Source: Akkermansiaceae bacterium (GTDB taxonomy: Bacteria > Verrucomicrobiota > Verrucomicrobiia > Verrucomicrobiales > Akkermansiaceae). Taken from it: a stretch of 64,000 nucleotides of DNA. Shown here piece after piece: positions 17,218 to 27,214 of this stretch. The stretch spans positions 1-64,000 of the forward strand of contig JBPOGF010000016.1 in the NCBI GenBank assembly GCA_051251915.1, in the 5' to 3' direction. The notes below the pieces were generated by a model. That model did no database searches. It had not been told where the DNA came from and saw only the letters and a list, made by a program, of their open reading frames with translations. Both the position numbers and the translations under genes were made by a program. Position 1 is the stretch's first letter; every line of letters begins with the position of its first letter.

Positions 17218-18981
17218 ATGCAAAGTCAGAGTGAAACTAGTTACGTGCCAAGACGTTCCGGGATGTTATTTCCGGTGTTTTCGATGCGGCGAAAAGCTGA
17301 TTTAGGAATTGGCGACACTACATCAGTACGTCAGTGTCTTGATTGGTTAAGTTTCTATGATATTAGTTTTCTTCAGCTGCTACCTATTAATGTGAGTGGC
17401 TCTGATAACAGTCCGTATAGTGCGATCAGTTCGGTGGCATTGGACTTCATCTACTTGGATATGGCACAGATTCCAGAGCTTAGCCAAGATGACGTGAATA
17501 GTGTGAGAAGTGAGTTTGCTGGTGATTGGTTAGAGGCTGATAAAGTGGATTACACGATGGTAAGAATAGTGAAGTCTAAGTTACTCCGTCTCGCTTATGA
17601 GCGTTACCAGCAGGAGGCATCTGCTTCTGAAGAGTTTAAGGCGTTCATGAAGGCTGAGGCAGACTGGCTGGTGCCATACTGCAAGTATCGTTGGCTCATG
17701 GAAGAGTCTGGCGGCAGTGAGGACTGGACTAGCTGGCCGACTGATTTTAACACAGCTGAAAAAGCGCTTAAATATGAGCGTGAAAAAGATGCTCAGACTG
17801 ACGGTGGACCAAGAGCAGTGCAGGAATATTATGCTTGGGTTCAGTGGCATGCGTTTTCCCAGTGGCGAGCAGTCAGAGATTATGCTGATACAGTGGGGGT
17901 GAAGCTTATGGGAGATATACCGATCGGGGTTTCTAATGCCAGTGCTGATGTTTTTTTTGAGCCGCAGTGGTTTATGGAGGACTGGTATGGTGGAGCTCCA
18001 CCTGAGACGGTGTTTAAGGATGATGCTTTTGCTTGTAAATGGGGGCAGAACTGGGGTGTTCCTCTCTACAACTGGGATGCACTTCAGAAAGATGATTTTT
18101 CTTGGTGGAAGAGAAGAATCCATAAGCTTACTGATGTTTTTCACATTTTCAGGATCGATCACATTCTTGGATTCTATCGCATTTATGCCTTCCCATGGCA
18201 CCCAAAGCGGAATGCAGAGTTCCTAGAACTTACCCCTAGCGGAGCTAAAAAACTTACCTTTGGCGAGTTGCCACATTTTTACCCGAGGGCGGATGATAGT
18301 GTTACGAATAAGGCGAAGAACTTGATGGATGGAGATGTCTATCTGAAGGCTATTTTGGAAGCGGCGAAGGGCTATGAAGTTGTGGGTGAGGATCTAGGAT
18401 GCGTTCCTGATTATGTCAGACCTCATCTGGCTGAGTTGGGGATAGCTGGATTTAAAATCTGTCACTGGGAGACGAATATGTTTGGTGATGCGCAGAGACC
18501 GGAGGAGCATCCAGACTGTGCATTTACGACTTATGCGACGCATGATCATCCTTCGATTCGAGCGATGTGGGAGGAGCTAAGGCATAACATAGCAAATGGC
18601 TGTGATGGCTCGGGGGACGGCTTGAAGATCATAAGCCAATATGCAGATCTACCCGTGATGGCGGCGCATGAATATCCTGAGTTCAACTCGGTGATCAAGT
18701 GGGCAATGCTGGAGGCACTGATGAAATCTGGAGCACGCTATGCGGCACTTATGATCACAGATATACTCGACAGTAAGGCTAGAATCAATGCGCCTGGAAC
18801 TGTGGGAGATCATAATTGGACTTATCGAGTGGATTGGAATTTTGAAGCTATTCCTGATGAGGTGTCTAAGGAGATGGGTAAGCTTGCTATCTACACAGAA
18901 AACTACGATCGAGTGGTAACTCAAGTCTCAGAAAAACTTCAGAATTCTTCCCCGAAAACTAAATTCAAAACACTTAAATAA
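17218..18981 (+). CDS. malQ: 4-alpha-glucanotransferase (GH77)
   Basis: QLLP, SPYS, GDIPIGV, GQNWGVP, RIDHILG, GEDLG, THD, RINAPG. Confidence 0.93.
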   Translation: MQSQSETSYVPRRSGMLFPVFSMRRKADLGIGDTTSVRQCLDWLSFYDISFLQLLPINVSGSDNSPYSAISSVALDFIYLDMAQIPELSQDDVNSVRSEFAGDWLEADKVDYTMVRIVKSKLLRLAYERYQQEASASEEFKAFMKAEADWLVPYCKYRWLMEESGGSEDWTSWPTDFNTAEKALKYEREKDAQTDGGPRAVQEYYAWVQWHAFSQWRAVRDYADTVGVKLMGDIPIGVSNASADVFFEPQWFMEDWYGGAPPETVFKDDAFACKWGQNWGVPLYNWDALQKDDFSWWKRRIHKLTDVFHIFRIDHILGFYRIYAFPWHPKRNAEFLELTPSGAKKLTFGELPHFYPRADDSVTNKAKNLMDGDVYLKAILEAAKGYEVVGEDLGCVPDYVRPHLAELGIAGFKICHWETNMFGDAQRPEEHPDCAFTTYATHDHPSIRAMWEELRHNIANGCDGSGDGLKIISQYADLPVMAAHEYPEFNSVIKWAMLEALMKSGARYAALMITDILDSKARINAPGTVGDHNWTYRVDWNFEAIPDEVSKEMGKLAIYTENYDRVVTQVSEKLQNSSPKTKFKTLK

Positions 18982-18984
18982 GAG

Positions 18985-20664
18985 ATGAAGACCACTATTT
19001 ATCAACTTTTTGTCAGGCACTTTGGTAACCTCAATACCACGGATAAGGAAAACGGAACTATTGAGGACAATGGCTGCGGAAAATTTGCAGACGTTACTGA
19101 TAAGGCATTATTAGAGATTAAAAAACTAGGTTTTACTCATGTATGGCTCACTGGAATATTGGAGCATGCAAGTGGAACTGGCTTTCCTACTCGTCCAGCT
19201 GATGACAGCAAGATTCTGAAGGGCATAGCCGGTAGCCCATATGCTGTGAGAGATTACTTCGATGTTTCTCCTGATTTGGCAATGGATGTGGATAAGCGGA
19301 TTGATGAATTTAAGTGCCTTATAGAACGATGTCATGGTGCGGGACTAAGAGTCTTGATTGATTTTATCCCAAACCATGTAGCTAGATCTTACGACAGTGA
19401 TGTTCGGCCTGAATTGAGCTTTGGTAAAGATGATGATGTGAAGGAATTCTGCACGTTGGATAACAATTTTTATTACCTTGGTGATGACCGTGCACTGGAG
19501 CTTCCAGGTGGTGTGTACGATTCTGAGAAACATCCGCTAGTAACTGGGAATAATGCGGTGACTTATACGCCGAGTAACAATGACTGGTATGAGACGGTGA
19601 AGCTGAATTACGGGTATGATTTCACGAAAGGTGAGAAGCTTTTTAGTGGTGATCAGATTCCTAATACTTGGACTTTGATGGACTCAATTTTGGCTTATTG
19701 GCAGGAAATGGGGGTGGATGGATTCCGTTGTGATATGGCGCATATGGTGCCGATGGAGTTTTGGAAATGGGCGGTGGATAGAGCGCGTGATCGTTACGCG
19801 CATGTTTATTTCCTAGCGGAAGCATATGCTGGAGATCCGATGAAGGTGACTGAGGGCAATGTCCTCAACGAGTTGTTAGAGTCTGGGTTTGATGAAATTT
19901 ATGACAGTCACAGTTATGATATGGTCAAGGGGCTCTATGAACATGGCAAGTGGGCTAATGATCTGGATGAACTTCTGTGGGATTCAAAAAGACTCCATAG
20001 AATGACGCGCTATGCGGAAAACCATGATGAAGTGAGGGTCGCCTCGCCGCTTCACTGGGGTGGTCATGGAGCTAAAATAGGTATGGCTGTGAGTGGGTTC
20101 TTATATGGGATCGGCTCGGGTGCATGTTTAGTTTATAACGGTCAAGAAGTAGGGGAGACAGCAGAGGGGGCTAAGGGGTATAGTGGCGATGATGGCAAGA
20201 CTAGTATCTTTGACTACGTGGCTCTGCCTGAACTCCAGAAGTGGGTGAATGGGCATAGTTTCGATGGTGCTGAGCTTAGCTCCGAGCAGGGTGAGCTGCG
20301 CGATTGGTATGGCAAATGGATGAATTCCTTGCAGCAACCCGCCTTTAGTAAGGGCGATACTTATGGGCTTAATTCCTTTAATAAGGATAATAAAGACTTC
20401 GGTAGACTTGATGGTGAAAATGTTAGTGGGCATTGGCTCTATGCATTTTTGAGGTATGATAAGGAAAGTGGCCAAGCATACTTAGTGATGATTAATTTCC
20501 ATCCTACGGAAACCATGCGTGATCTCGATGTATGGTTCTCGAAGGATGCTCGTAGGTGGCTAGGCAGCTTCAGCTACGAAAGTATGCAGATTGAGGAGCT
20601 TCCGCCGTGTGAGGTCATGATTTACTGTATGAAGCATGCAAAGGGAGAAAAATCTGAGTCTTAA
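18985..20664 (+). CDS. Alpha-amylase family (GH13) glycoside hydrolase
   Basis: GSPYAVRDY, DFIPNH, GVDGFRCDMAH, FLAEAY, ENHDE. Confidence 0.9.
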   Translation: MKTTIYQLFVRHFGNLNTTDKENGTIEDNGCGKFADVTDKALLEIKKLGFTHVWLTGILEHASGTGFPTRPADDSKILKGIAGSPYAVRDYFDVSPDLAMDVDKRIDEFKCLIERCHGAGLRVLIDFIPNHVARSYDSDVRPELSFGKDDDVKEFCTLDNNFYYLGDDRALELPGGVYDSEKHPLVTGNNAVTYTPSNNDWYETVKLNYGYDFTKGEKLFSGDQIPNTWTLMDSILAYWQEMGVDGFRCDMAHMVPMEFWKWAVDRARDRYAHVYFLAEAYAGDPMKVTEGNVLNELLESGFDEIYDSHSYDMVKGLYEHGKWANDLDELLWDSKRLHRMTRYAENHDEVRVASPLHWGGHGAKIGMAVSGFLYGIGSGACLVYNGQEVGETAEGAKGYSGDDGKTSIFDYVALPELQKWVNGHSFDGAELSSEQGELRDWYGKWMNSLQQPAFSKGDTYGLNSFNKDNKDFGRLDGENVSGHWLYAFLRYDKESGQAYLVMINFHPTETMRDLDVWFSKDARRWLGSFSYESMQIEELPPCEVMIYCMKHAKGEKSES

Positions 20665-20682
20665 AAAAAGTTAATAGAAGGA

Positions 20683-20710
20683 TTGCCAAATAAACGACTT
20701 TAAGTATATT
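20683..20710 (+). promoter_or_regulatory. Putative sigma70 promoter of the tRNA
   Basis: TTGCCA-N16-TATATT about 20 nt upstream of the tRNA. Confidence 0.55.
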
Positions 20711-20731
20711 TGCGCAGTTCTCGCAAGAGAA

Positions 20732-20807
20732 GGGGGAGTAGCTCATCGGTTAGAGCAGTCGACTCATAATCGATTGGTGGAGAGTTCAATTCTCTCCTCC
20801 CCTACCA
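20732..20807 (+). tRNA. tRNA with CAU anticodon, most likely tRNA-Ile2 (lysidine-modified)
   Basis: Cloverleaf: GGGGGAG/CTCCCCT acceptor, GTCGA-CTCATAA-TCGAT anticodon arm, GAGAG-TTCAATT-CTCTC T arm, ACCA end; GGTTAGAGCAG.CGACTCATAATCG resembles Ile2 tRNAs and lacks initiator features. Confidence 0.9.
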
Positions 20808-20818
20808 CCATTTTATAG

Positions 20819-20856
20819 ATAAGGACTTACGTTGAGGCGTGAGTCCTTATTTTTTT
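20819..20856 (+). terminator. Intrinsic terminator after tRNA
   Basis: ataaggacttacg...cgtgagtccttat-tttttt. Confidence 0.8.
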
Positions 20857-20909
20857 GTTTGAGCGAGACTTAGGCTTGATGGAGAGTGGGGGTGTGTTAG
20901 TTTAATAGT

Positions 20910-21686
20910 ATGAGAAGTGTATTAATGATTATTTTGCTGTGTGTCAGCGGGGTGTTGAATGGGGAGGAGCAGCGGAAGATGGAGCGTTTGGAAATGCCTG
21001 ATGGGAGCGTTTATGAGAATGTGACGGTGACGAGTTATAGTCCAGCATGGGTGAAGATAATGCATCGCTCTGGGGTTTCTAAGTTGATGCTCTCGGAGTG
21101 TGATGAGGAGATGCAGGAGTTATATAGTTATGATGCTGGAAAGGCTGAGGCTTATCTTAGTGCTGAGAATGCGATGTCTAAACGTGCTGCTAAAAAGCGT
21201 GCTGAGCAACGACTTGTGGATGCTAAGAAGATGGAGGAGAAAGCGAAAGTGAAGCAAGAGAAAGAGAGGGAGTATCTTGAGTATAAAAAAGCGCAGGCGC
21301 GTGATAAGAAGGAGGCGGAGTTTTTGAAGAAAGTAGCTTATGCGGCGGTGAAGGTGGATGTGACTGCTGAGCAGAATGCTGAGATAGGACTTATTGGCAA
21401 GGTGACTGTTTTTAAGAAAGAGTATGGCGAAAAGCCAGGGTCATCGTTTGAGAAGATTAGGAAATGGAAGGTTGTGAAATCTGTTGATGGTGCTGTTTCT
21501 GGAACTAGTGATACGAGTGTGTTGGAGGTGGATGGTGAGACTCTGGTGACTTGGTCAGGTAAAGCGTGGGAGATAGGGACTATTACTTATAAGAGTGTAG
21601 TTGGTGTAGAGATGAGTTGTGCTCATTTTACAGCGTCGCAAGCGGAGGCGGAGGCATATTATCGTGCAAAACTGAAACAGAAATAG
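20910..21686 (+). CDS. Hypothetical exported protein with coiled-coil segment
   Basis: Signal-peptide-like N-terminus; DG..YENVTV...KIMH.SGV motif; K/E/A-rich middle. Confidence 0.7.
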   Translation: MRSVLMIILLCVSGVLNGEEQRKMERLEMPDGSVYENVTVTSYSPAWVKIMHRSGVSKLMLSECDEEMQELYSYDAGKAEAYLSAENAMSKRAAKKRAEQRLVDAKKMEEKAKVKQEKEREYLEYKKAQARDKKEAEFLKKVAYAAVKVDVTAEQNAEIGLIGKVTVFKKEYGEKPGSSFEKIRKWKVVKSVDGAVSGTSDTSVLEVDGETLVTWSGKAWEIGTITYKSVVGVEMSCAHFTASQAEAEAYYRAKLKQK

Positions 21687-21802
21687 TGAGATGGAAGTTA
21701 CGACGAGTATCGTGGATTATTTGATGATGGCTGGGGAACTCTGCTTGGTTTTGAAGGTGGTGGTGCTGTTTGGAATTTTTCTTAAACGTTCTTAGTTCTA
21801 AG

Positions 21803-23227
21803 TTAATCTCCTAGGCAGTAGAGGTGGCCGTCTTTGGAGGCGGCGTAGATGCAGTTGTCCCAGACGGTGGGGGTGGCGTCGAACATGGGGCCTTGGAGGC
21901 GGTCTAGGAGTTTGAGTTTGTGGTCTGGTGCGGGTGTGACTTGGTAGAGGTCTAGGCCGTTGTCGTAGCCGATGATGATTTTGTTGTCGATGAAGAGAGG
22001 GGTGGAGATGGATCCGTTTGGGAGTTGGGCGGTGTCGAGGACGAGTGGGGTGGGGTATTGTTTTTGTTGGTTGGGGCCCCAGACGAGTTTGTTAGGGGTA
22101 AGTTTTTTGTGGTTGATAAGGGTGAGTTTGCCGTCGATGCCGACGAAGCATGCTAGGTCGGGGGAGATGTTAGAGGTGGTGGCGGTGCGGTGATTGACAG
22201 CTGGTGAGCCTACCATTCCGCCTGCCCATTCGTACCATTTCTGGTTAGGGAGTGGGTGGTACCATTGGGGGGCTCCTTTTGATAGCGGTTTGATTTTCAT
22301 GACTCCGCCTTGGCCTGGGATGAATTCTTTTTCGATGCCTAGAAGTAGGTGGTTGTCATTGGTGAGGGGCATGGTGGAGTTTAGGTCTCCGCCTACGTTG
22401 AAGTTCCATTTTGTGCCAAATATCCCGGCTTTGTGACCGTAAACGCGGCCAGCACCTGCGGCGGTGAAGGCGATTTCGTTGTATAGGGTGGGGGAGGATT
22501 CGCAGGAGAGTTCGTGGGAGTGGGTCTGGGTGTCGATGGGCTCGAAGAGATTGTATTGCTTTTGGATGAGGGGTTCTGGGATGCCGGTGGTGGCGTTTTG
22601 GGTGGCTTTGGCAGGGTCTGGGTTGAGATAGAGGAGTTTGCCGTTTTCTGTGGGGATGCAGAAGTTGGGGCCGATCATGATGCCTGAGGCGTCTACGTCG
22701 CGGGAGTTTGAGAAGGTTCTTGGGGAGTTGTGTTGCCAGAGTTTTTTGCCTGTTAGGTAGGAGATGGCGTGGAGGCTGTAGGCGGGGTCGGTGTAGAAGT
22801 CTGCTGTGGCGCCGCGGCGTGAGCCTGAGATGATGAGGTGCTTGTGTTCGGGGTTTTTATTAGTGGTGGTGACGAAGGTGGGGGTGCCTTTGATGACGTC
22901 TCCAAGGTTGCAGTTCCAGATGATTTCGCCGTCGTTGGCGCGGATTTTTAGGAGGTTGTGGCTTAGGGTGGGCTGGATGAGGTAGAGCTCGTCGTTTTCG
23001 CTGATGACGAGTGGTTGGCCAGTCCAGCCTGCGCCGCTCCAGGTTTTCTTTTCACCTGCAACGATGGTGTGGCCGGTGCCGAGGTGGGTTTTCCACTTGA
23101 GGTTGAGCTTGCTGGGGGCGGAATTTCCGTAGTAGTTGCGCTGTTCGTCGCCGAGGTAAGTTTTTATGAGGGGTTTGATCTGGGCGGAGCAGATGGTGGT
23201 GAGGAGGAGGAATGGGAGTAGTTTCAT
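21803..23227 (-). CDS. Exported PQQ-like beta-propeller protein
   Basis: Signal peptide; repeated GEIIW, GKKLW, SSP, ATP, DGHLYCLG blade motifs. Confidence 0.7.
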   Translation of the reverse strand: MKLLPFLLLTTICSAQIKPLIKTYLGDEQRNYYGNSAPSKLNLKWKTHLGTGHTIVAGEKKTWSGAGWTGQPLVISENDELYLIQPTLSHNLLKIRANDGEIIWNCNLGDVIKGTPTFVTTTNKNPEHKHLIISGSRRGATADFYTDPAYSLHAISYLTGKKLWQHNSPRTFSNSRDVDASGIMIGPNFCIPTENGKLLYLNPDPAKATQNATTGIPEPLIQKQYNLFEPIDTQTHSHELSCESSPTLYNEIAFTAAGAGRVYGHKAGIFGTKWNFNVGGDLNSTMPLTNDNHLLLGIEKEFIPGQGGVMKIKPLSKGAPQWYHPLPNQKWYEWAGGMVGSPAVNHRTATTSNISPDLACFVGIDGKLTLINHKKLTPNKLVWGPNQQKQYPTPLVLDTAQLPNGSISTPLFIDNKIIIGYDNGLDLYQVTPAPDHKLKLLDRLQGPMFDATPTVWDNCIYAASKDGHLYCLGD

Positions 23228-23236
23228 GCAGATGAG

Positions 23237-23836
23237 TTAGGCATTTTTGATCGCCGCGTCGATGAAGCTTAGGATGTCGCGTCTGCCGTCGCGGTTCTTG
23301 GATGAGCTGGTGAAGAATTTTGGTAGGCCATCGCAGAATTCGCTCATGGAGTGGAGGAATGCGTCTTGGTTTCTACGGACGGCGCCTGGTTTGGCTTTGT
23401 CTGCCTTGGTGAATGCGAGGACGAATGGGATCTCGGATTCCATGAGCCATTGGGTAAAGCGGAGGTCGATGTCTTGTGGGGGGAGCTTGGAGTCAATGAG
23501 GACGAATACGCAGCGGAGGCCTTCTCGGTTGAGGAGGTAGTCTGTGACGAATTCTTGGAATTTGCCTTGCATGTCCTTGGAGGTTTTGGCGTAGCCGTAG
23601 CCGGGGAGATCGACTAGCTTCCATTTGTTATTCATGTTGAAAAAGTTGATGAGCCTGGTTCTTCCTGGTTTGGAGGAGACGATGGCGATGTCTTTTTTCT
23701 GGCCGGAGAGCATGTTGATGAGGGAGGATTTGCCGACGTTGGAGCGGCCTACGAAGGCGAATTCTGGTAGGGTGGCTGGGGGGCAATTTGCGAGGTCAGC
23801 GGCGCTGGTTTCGAATTCTGCGGAATGGATTTGCAT
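23237..23836 (-). CDS. engB: Ribosome biogenesis GTPase YihA/YsxC
   Basis: PEFAFVGRSNVGKSSLIN, PGRT, VDLPGYGYA, TKADK. Confidence 0.95.
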   Translation of the reverse strand: MQIHSAEFETSAADLANCPPATLPEFAFVGRSNVGKSSLINMLSGQKKDIAIVSSKPGRTRLINFFNMNNKWKLVDLPGYGYAKTSKDMQGKFQEFVTDYLLNREGLRCVFVLIDSKLPPQDIDLRFTQWLMESEIPFVLAFTKADKAKPGAVRRNQDAFLHSMSEFCDGLPKFFTSSSKNRDGRRDILSFIDAAIKNA

Positions 23837-23904
23837 GGGGATAATGTAGGAAGGGAATTGTTTAGATACGAGGAGAATTTTGGGGAAAAGTTTTAGGTGG
23901 TTAG

Positions 23905-23939
23905 GTTTTATGTTTTATGTTTTATGTTTTATGTTTTAG
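23905..23939. repeat. 7-nt tandem repeat (GTTTTAT)x4 + GTTTTAG
   Basis: Read directly from the sequence. Confidence 0.9.
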
Positions 23940-23984
23940 GTGGCTTGGGTTGTGTGGCTGGGGCTTTGACCTGCCGTGCTGGAC

Positions 23985-24062
23985 CACGAATGGCACGAAT
24001 TTTACGAATGAGTGTACGATGGAACGTTTTTGAACCACGGAAGACACTGAAAACACGGAACA
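23985..24062. repeat. Two 9-nt period triplets (CACGAATnn x3 and CAC(G/T)GAAnA x3)
   Basis: cacgaatgg cacgaattt tacgaatga (23985-24011); cacggaaga cactgaaaa cacggaaca (24036-24062). Confidence 0.75.
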
Positions 24063-24215
24063 GGGTTGATGAGTAGGGAAGCTTGGGTTGTGTGTGGGGG
24101 TATCGGATTTTTTAAGCGGTTGGTTTAAGCGGTTGTTTTATTGGTTTTTAGGTTTGTGTTTTTTTGAACACTTATTGTGTTGCCAGATGGGAGTTGGGGG
24201 TGGTAGGTTGGGAGA

Positions 24216-25751
24216 ATGTTAGTGAGATTTTTTTCAGCGGCGTTGCAGGGTGTGGAGGCTACGGAGGTAGAGGTGGAGGTGAATCATGCTGAGAGGGATC
24301 AGTTTAAGATGACGATTGTGGGGTTGCCGGATGCGGCGGTGCGGGAGAGTTTGGAGCGGATGTTGAGTGCTATTTCGAATAGTGCGATGAAGTTTGGTGG
24401 GGGGATTAATACGATTAATTTGGCGCCTGCTGATCTGAAGAAGGAGGGGCCTAGTTTTGATTTGCCGATTGCGATAGCTACTGCGGCGGCAGGGATGGAG
24501 GAGGAGATTGCGAATATTGATCAGTATTGTTTGGTGGGTGAGTTGGCGCTGGATGGGAAGTTGAGGCCGGTGAAGGGGGTGATTTCTATTGCGCTGGAGG
24601 CTAGAAGGAAGGGGCGGACTAGGTTGATTGTGCCGGCGGCTAATGCTGAGGAGGCTGCGGTGGTGGATGGGATAGAGGTTTATGGGATGGAGCATTTGCA
24701 TGATGCTTGGATGTTGGTGACTGGGCAGAGGGTGTTTGCGCCTTATTATTTGGATCGGAAGGCGTTTTTTAATTCGCATAGAACTTATTTAGAGGATTTG
24801 TCAGATGTGAAGGGACAGCATCAGGTGAAGCGGGCGTTGGAGGTGGCGGCGGCTGGTGGGCATAATATGCTGATGGTGGGGCCTCCGGGGACGGGGAAGT
24901 CGATGATTGCGAAGCGGATGGCGACTATTTTGCCGGATATGACGGAGGAGGAGGCTATAGAGGCGACGAAAATTCATTCGATTGCGGGGAGGTTGCGGGA
25001 TAAGGGGTTTATGGTGACGCGGCCGTTTAGGGCTCCGCATCATACGATTTCTGATGCGGGGTTGCTGGGTGGTGGGACGAATCCGGGGCCTGGGGAGGTG
25101 AGTTTGGCTCATCATGGGGTGTTGTTTTTGGATGAGTTGCCGGAGTTTCGGAGGCAGACGCTGGAGGTGCTGAGGCAGCCGTTGGAGGATGGGCATGTGA
25201 CGATTTCTAGGGCGGCGGGGAGTTTGACGTTTCCTTGTCAGTGTTTGTTGGTGGCTGCGTTGAATCCATGTCCGTGTGGGTATTATGGTGATCCTAAGCG
25301 GGAGTGTCGATGTTCTCCTCCGCAGATAGATCGGTATCGGCAGAGGATTAGTGGGCCGTTGTTAGATAGGATTGATTTGCATGTGGAGGTGCCGTTGTTA
25401 GAGTATAAGGAACTGCACGATGGGGATGGTGGGGAGAAGAGTGAGGTGATACGGGGGCGTGTGATTGAGGCGCGTGATAGGCAGTTGCGGAGGTTTCAGG
25501 ATGATGTGGGGGTGAATTGTAATGCTACGATTCCTTCGAGGTTGATGCGGGGGTATTGTGGGTTGGATAGTGAGACTTCTGGTTATTTAGAGCAGGTGAT
25601 GAATGAGTTGAATTTTTCAGCTCGGGCGCATGATCGGATTTTGAAGGTGGCTAGGACGTTGGCTGATTTGGAGGGGGTGGAGAGTATTCAGATGCAGCAT
25701 TTGTTGGAGGCGGTGCAGTATAGGACGTTGGATAGGAAGTTGTTGATGTAG
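24216..25751 (+). CDS. comM: YifB/ComM Mg-chelatase-like AAA+ helicase
   Basis: [72 protein letters not shown]. Confidence 0.93.
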   Translation: MLVRFFSAALQGVEATEVEVEVNHAERDQFKMTIVGLPDAAVRESLERMLSAISNSAMKFGGGINTINLAPADLKKEGPSFDLPIAIATAAAGMEEEIANIDQYCLVGELALDGKLRPVKGVISIALEARRKGRTRLIVPAANAEEAAVVDGIEVYGMEHLHDAWMLVTGQRVFAPYYLDRKAFFNSHRTYLEDLSDVKGQHQVKRALEVAAAGGHNMLMVGPPGTGKSMIAKRMATILPDMTEEEAIEATKIHSIAGRLRDKGFMVTRPFRAPHHTISDAGLLGGGTNPGPGEVSLAHHGVLFLDELPEFRRQTLEVLRQPLEDGHVTISRAAGSLTFPCQCLLVAALNPCPCGYYGDPKRECRCSPPQIDRYRQRISGPLLDRIDLHVEVPLLEYKELHDGDGGEKSEVIRGRVIEARDRQLRRFQDDVGVNCNATIPSRLMRGYCGLDSETSGYLEQVMNELNFSARAHDRILKVARTLADLEGVESIQMQHLLEAVQYRTLDRKLLM

Positions 25752-25758
25752 GGGTGGG

Positions 25759-25786
25759 GTGATCGGTTAGCAGTGATCGGTGATCA
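25759..25786. repeat. 7-nt tandem repeat
   Basis: gtgatcg gttagca gtgatcg gtgatca. Confidence 0.6.
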
Positions 25787-25810
25787 GGGAGATGTTGCTC
25801 TCTATTGGGT

Positions 25811-26382
25811 TTAGAGTCCGATGCTCTTTTTTAAGACGACGATTAAATTGATAGGAACAAGCCCACCATTTGAAGTCTTGATGAAATTGCCTGTGTGTGC
25901 ATCAGCTATAAGCACCTCATCATTTTCCCATTGCTGTGCTCTATTGAGCTTAAATCCAGCTTCTATCATGAAAGTTTCTATCTCTCTGGCTGAAGGAGGA
26001 GAACCATGAATGTATGATTGACGAGTAGCAATATGGACTATGTCAGTTGCATTATTAAACCCTATAATTTCAGTGTCATCACCAAAATAACTATTTTGTA
26101 ATGTTACACGGTCGAAATACTCAGAAGGTGTTGCTTGAACCATTTTGGCGTCACCATATCCGGCGTTTATAAATGTTAATCCGTGATGATTTTTCTTGGT
26201 TATCTTATAGACGTATCTTCATCACTTAACCAGACGGTATGCTCCTGACCTATATCAATAGGAGCAATATCTGAAGGTGGAGCCCAATTTACAGAGAGAT
26301 TATTTTTAGAAGCGTAGTCTAGTAGGCTTTCGCACTCTTCTTTTCGTCTTTCTGTCCTGTCTTGAGGTGTTTCGTGTTGCAT
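25811..26382 (-). pseudogene. Frameshifted polyvalent-protein-type Ser/Thr kinase
   Basis: ORF 26200-26382 (GQEHTVW) continues after a -1 shift at about 26218-26221 as RYVYKITK..HG into ORF 25811-26143 (ATPSEYFDR..LQN.YFGD, TRQ..I.G, IADAHTGNF, VPIN). Confidence 0.65.
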
Positions 26383-26489
26383 ATGACTTGCGCTCGTTTT
26401 TCCTCTGCTGACATGCTTGAGGCTACTGGCTGAACTGCTTTCCTGATTTTACATAGTTTCTCTGCCAAAGCTATGTTTTGTGCGTTCAT
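26319..26489 (-). CDS. Small basic hypothetical protein (56 aa, not in ORF track) overlapping the kinase start
   Basis: Manual translation MNAQNIALAEKLCKIRKAVQPVASSMSAEEKRAQVICNTKHLKTGQKDEKKSAKAY. Confidence 0.4.
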   Translation of the reverse strand: MNAQNIALAEKLCKIRKAVQPVASSMSAEEKRAQVICNTKHLKTGQKDEKKSAKAY

Positions 26490-26692
26490 TAACTTTATTA
26501 GCTATCTGTTGATCTAGTTTTTCAACGTTTAAGGCTTAATGCTCAACATAGTCTTGATGTGAGGAATCGTGTAAGATGATCACTTAGCCGTGCACGAATA
26601 TATCCAAATGGGTATAGATATAATAGTCTTACCTCGTTTATTTTTTCCTGTGCTTCTCCTTAATATCAATCTAAGAACTAAATATAAGTTAG

Positions 26693-27133
26693 ATGAAATT
26701 TACCATAGACGAGAGACGAGCTGCTAAACTGTTATCTGAAGCTTATATACCCGAAACAGGAAGGGGATATACAGAGGAAGAAAATGGATCGTTGCTTAAA
26801 TCTCTTCGGTCTGTGATCGCTGATAAGGCAAACCATCTGGAGATAAGTATAGAGGAGATTGGGGTTGTAGAATATTATAGCAATGGTGGAGAGTTGGCAT
26901 TTAGGGGGGAACTATTGCACTGGGGCATACTTACGAATGGTCTGTTATTAGATTTATCATCGTTCCTAGGAACGTTTGCGCGGAGTCATATTATTATTTT
27001 AACTTTTGATTTTCAAGATGAGCCTGATCGGTATTTGGAGTCGCCAACTATAATAATTACAGCCAGCGAGATTGTAGGTGGCTTTGGGCTATGTGAGTTA
27101 GAGGATACTCCAAAGTTACTTGGATTCAAATAA
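26693..27133 (+). CDS. Hypothetical acidic protein
   Basis: 146-aa ORF filling an AT-richer gap; no motif recognised. Confidence 0.6.
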   Translation: MKFTIDERRAAKLLSEAYIPETGRGYTEEENGSLLKSLRSVIADKANHLEISIEEIGVVEYYSNGGELAFRGELLHWGILTNGLLLDLSSFLGTFARSHIIILTFDFQDEPDRYLESPTIIITASEIVGGFGLCELEDTPKLLGFK

Positions 27134-27214
27134 AGCCCTGCGGAAGTAGATACTTTGAAGGCTAAAGAAGGTTTGTTGGCGTATTAGTGGTAAGTTTTTC
27201 CTGGAGGTAAGATT

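Noticed and set aside
20732..20810. tRNA as initiator Met; CCACCA end as a decay mark; tRNA as an island attachment site
   Set aside because: No C1:A72 mismatch or three G-C anticodon pairs; the second CCA is most simply trailer sequence; no integrase or duplicated tRNA 3' end seen.
24216..25751. comM interrupted by a mobile element
   Set aside because: The ORF is full length and continuous; the accessory DNA lies downstream.
26200..26230. Programmed -1 frameshift in the kinase
   Set aside because: No slippery heptamer at the shift point, and a likely catalytic Asp is also changed, which favours decay or a sequencing error.
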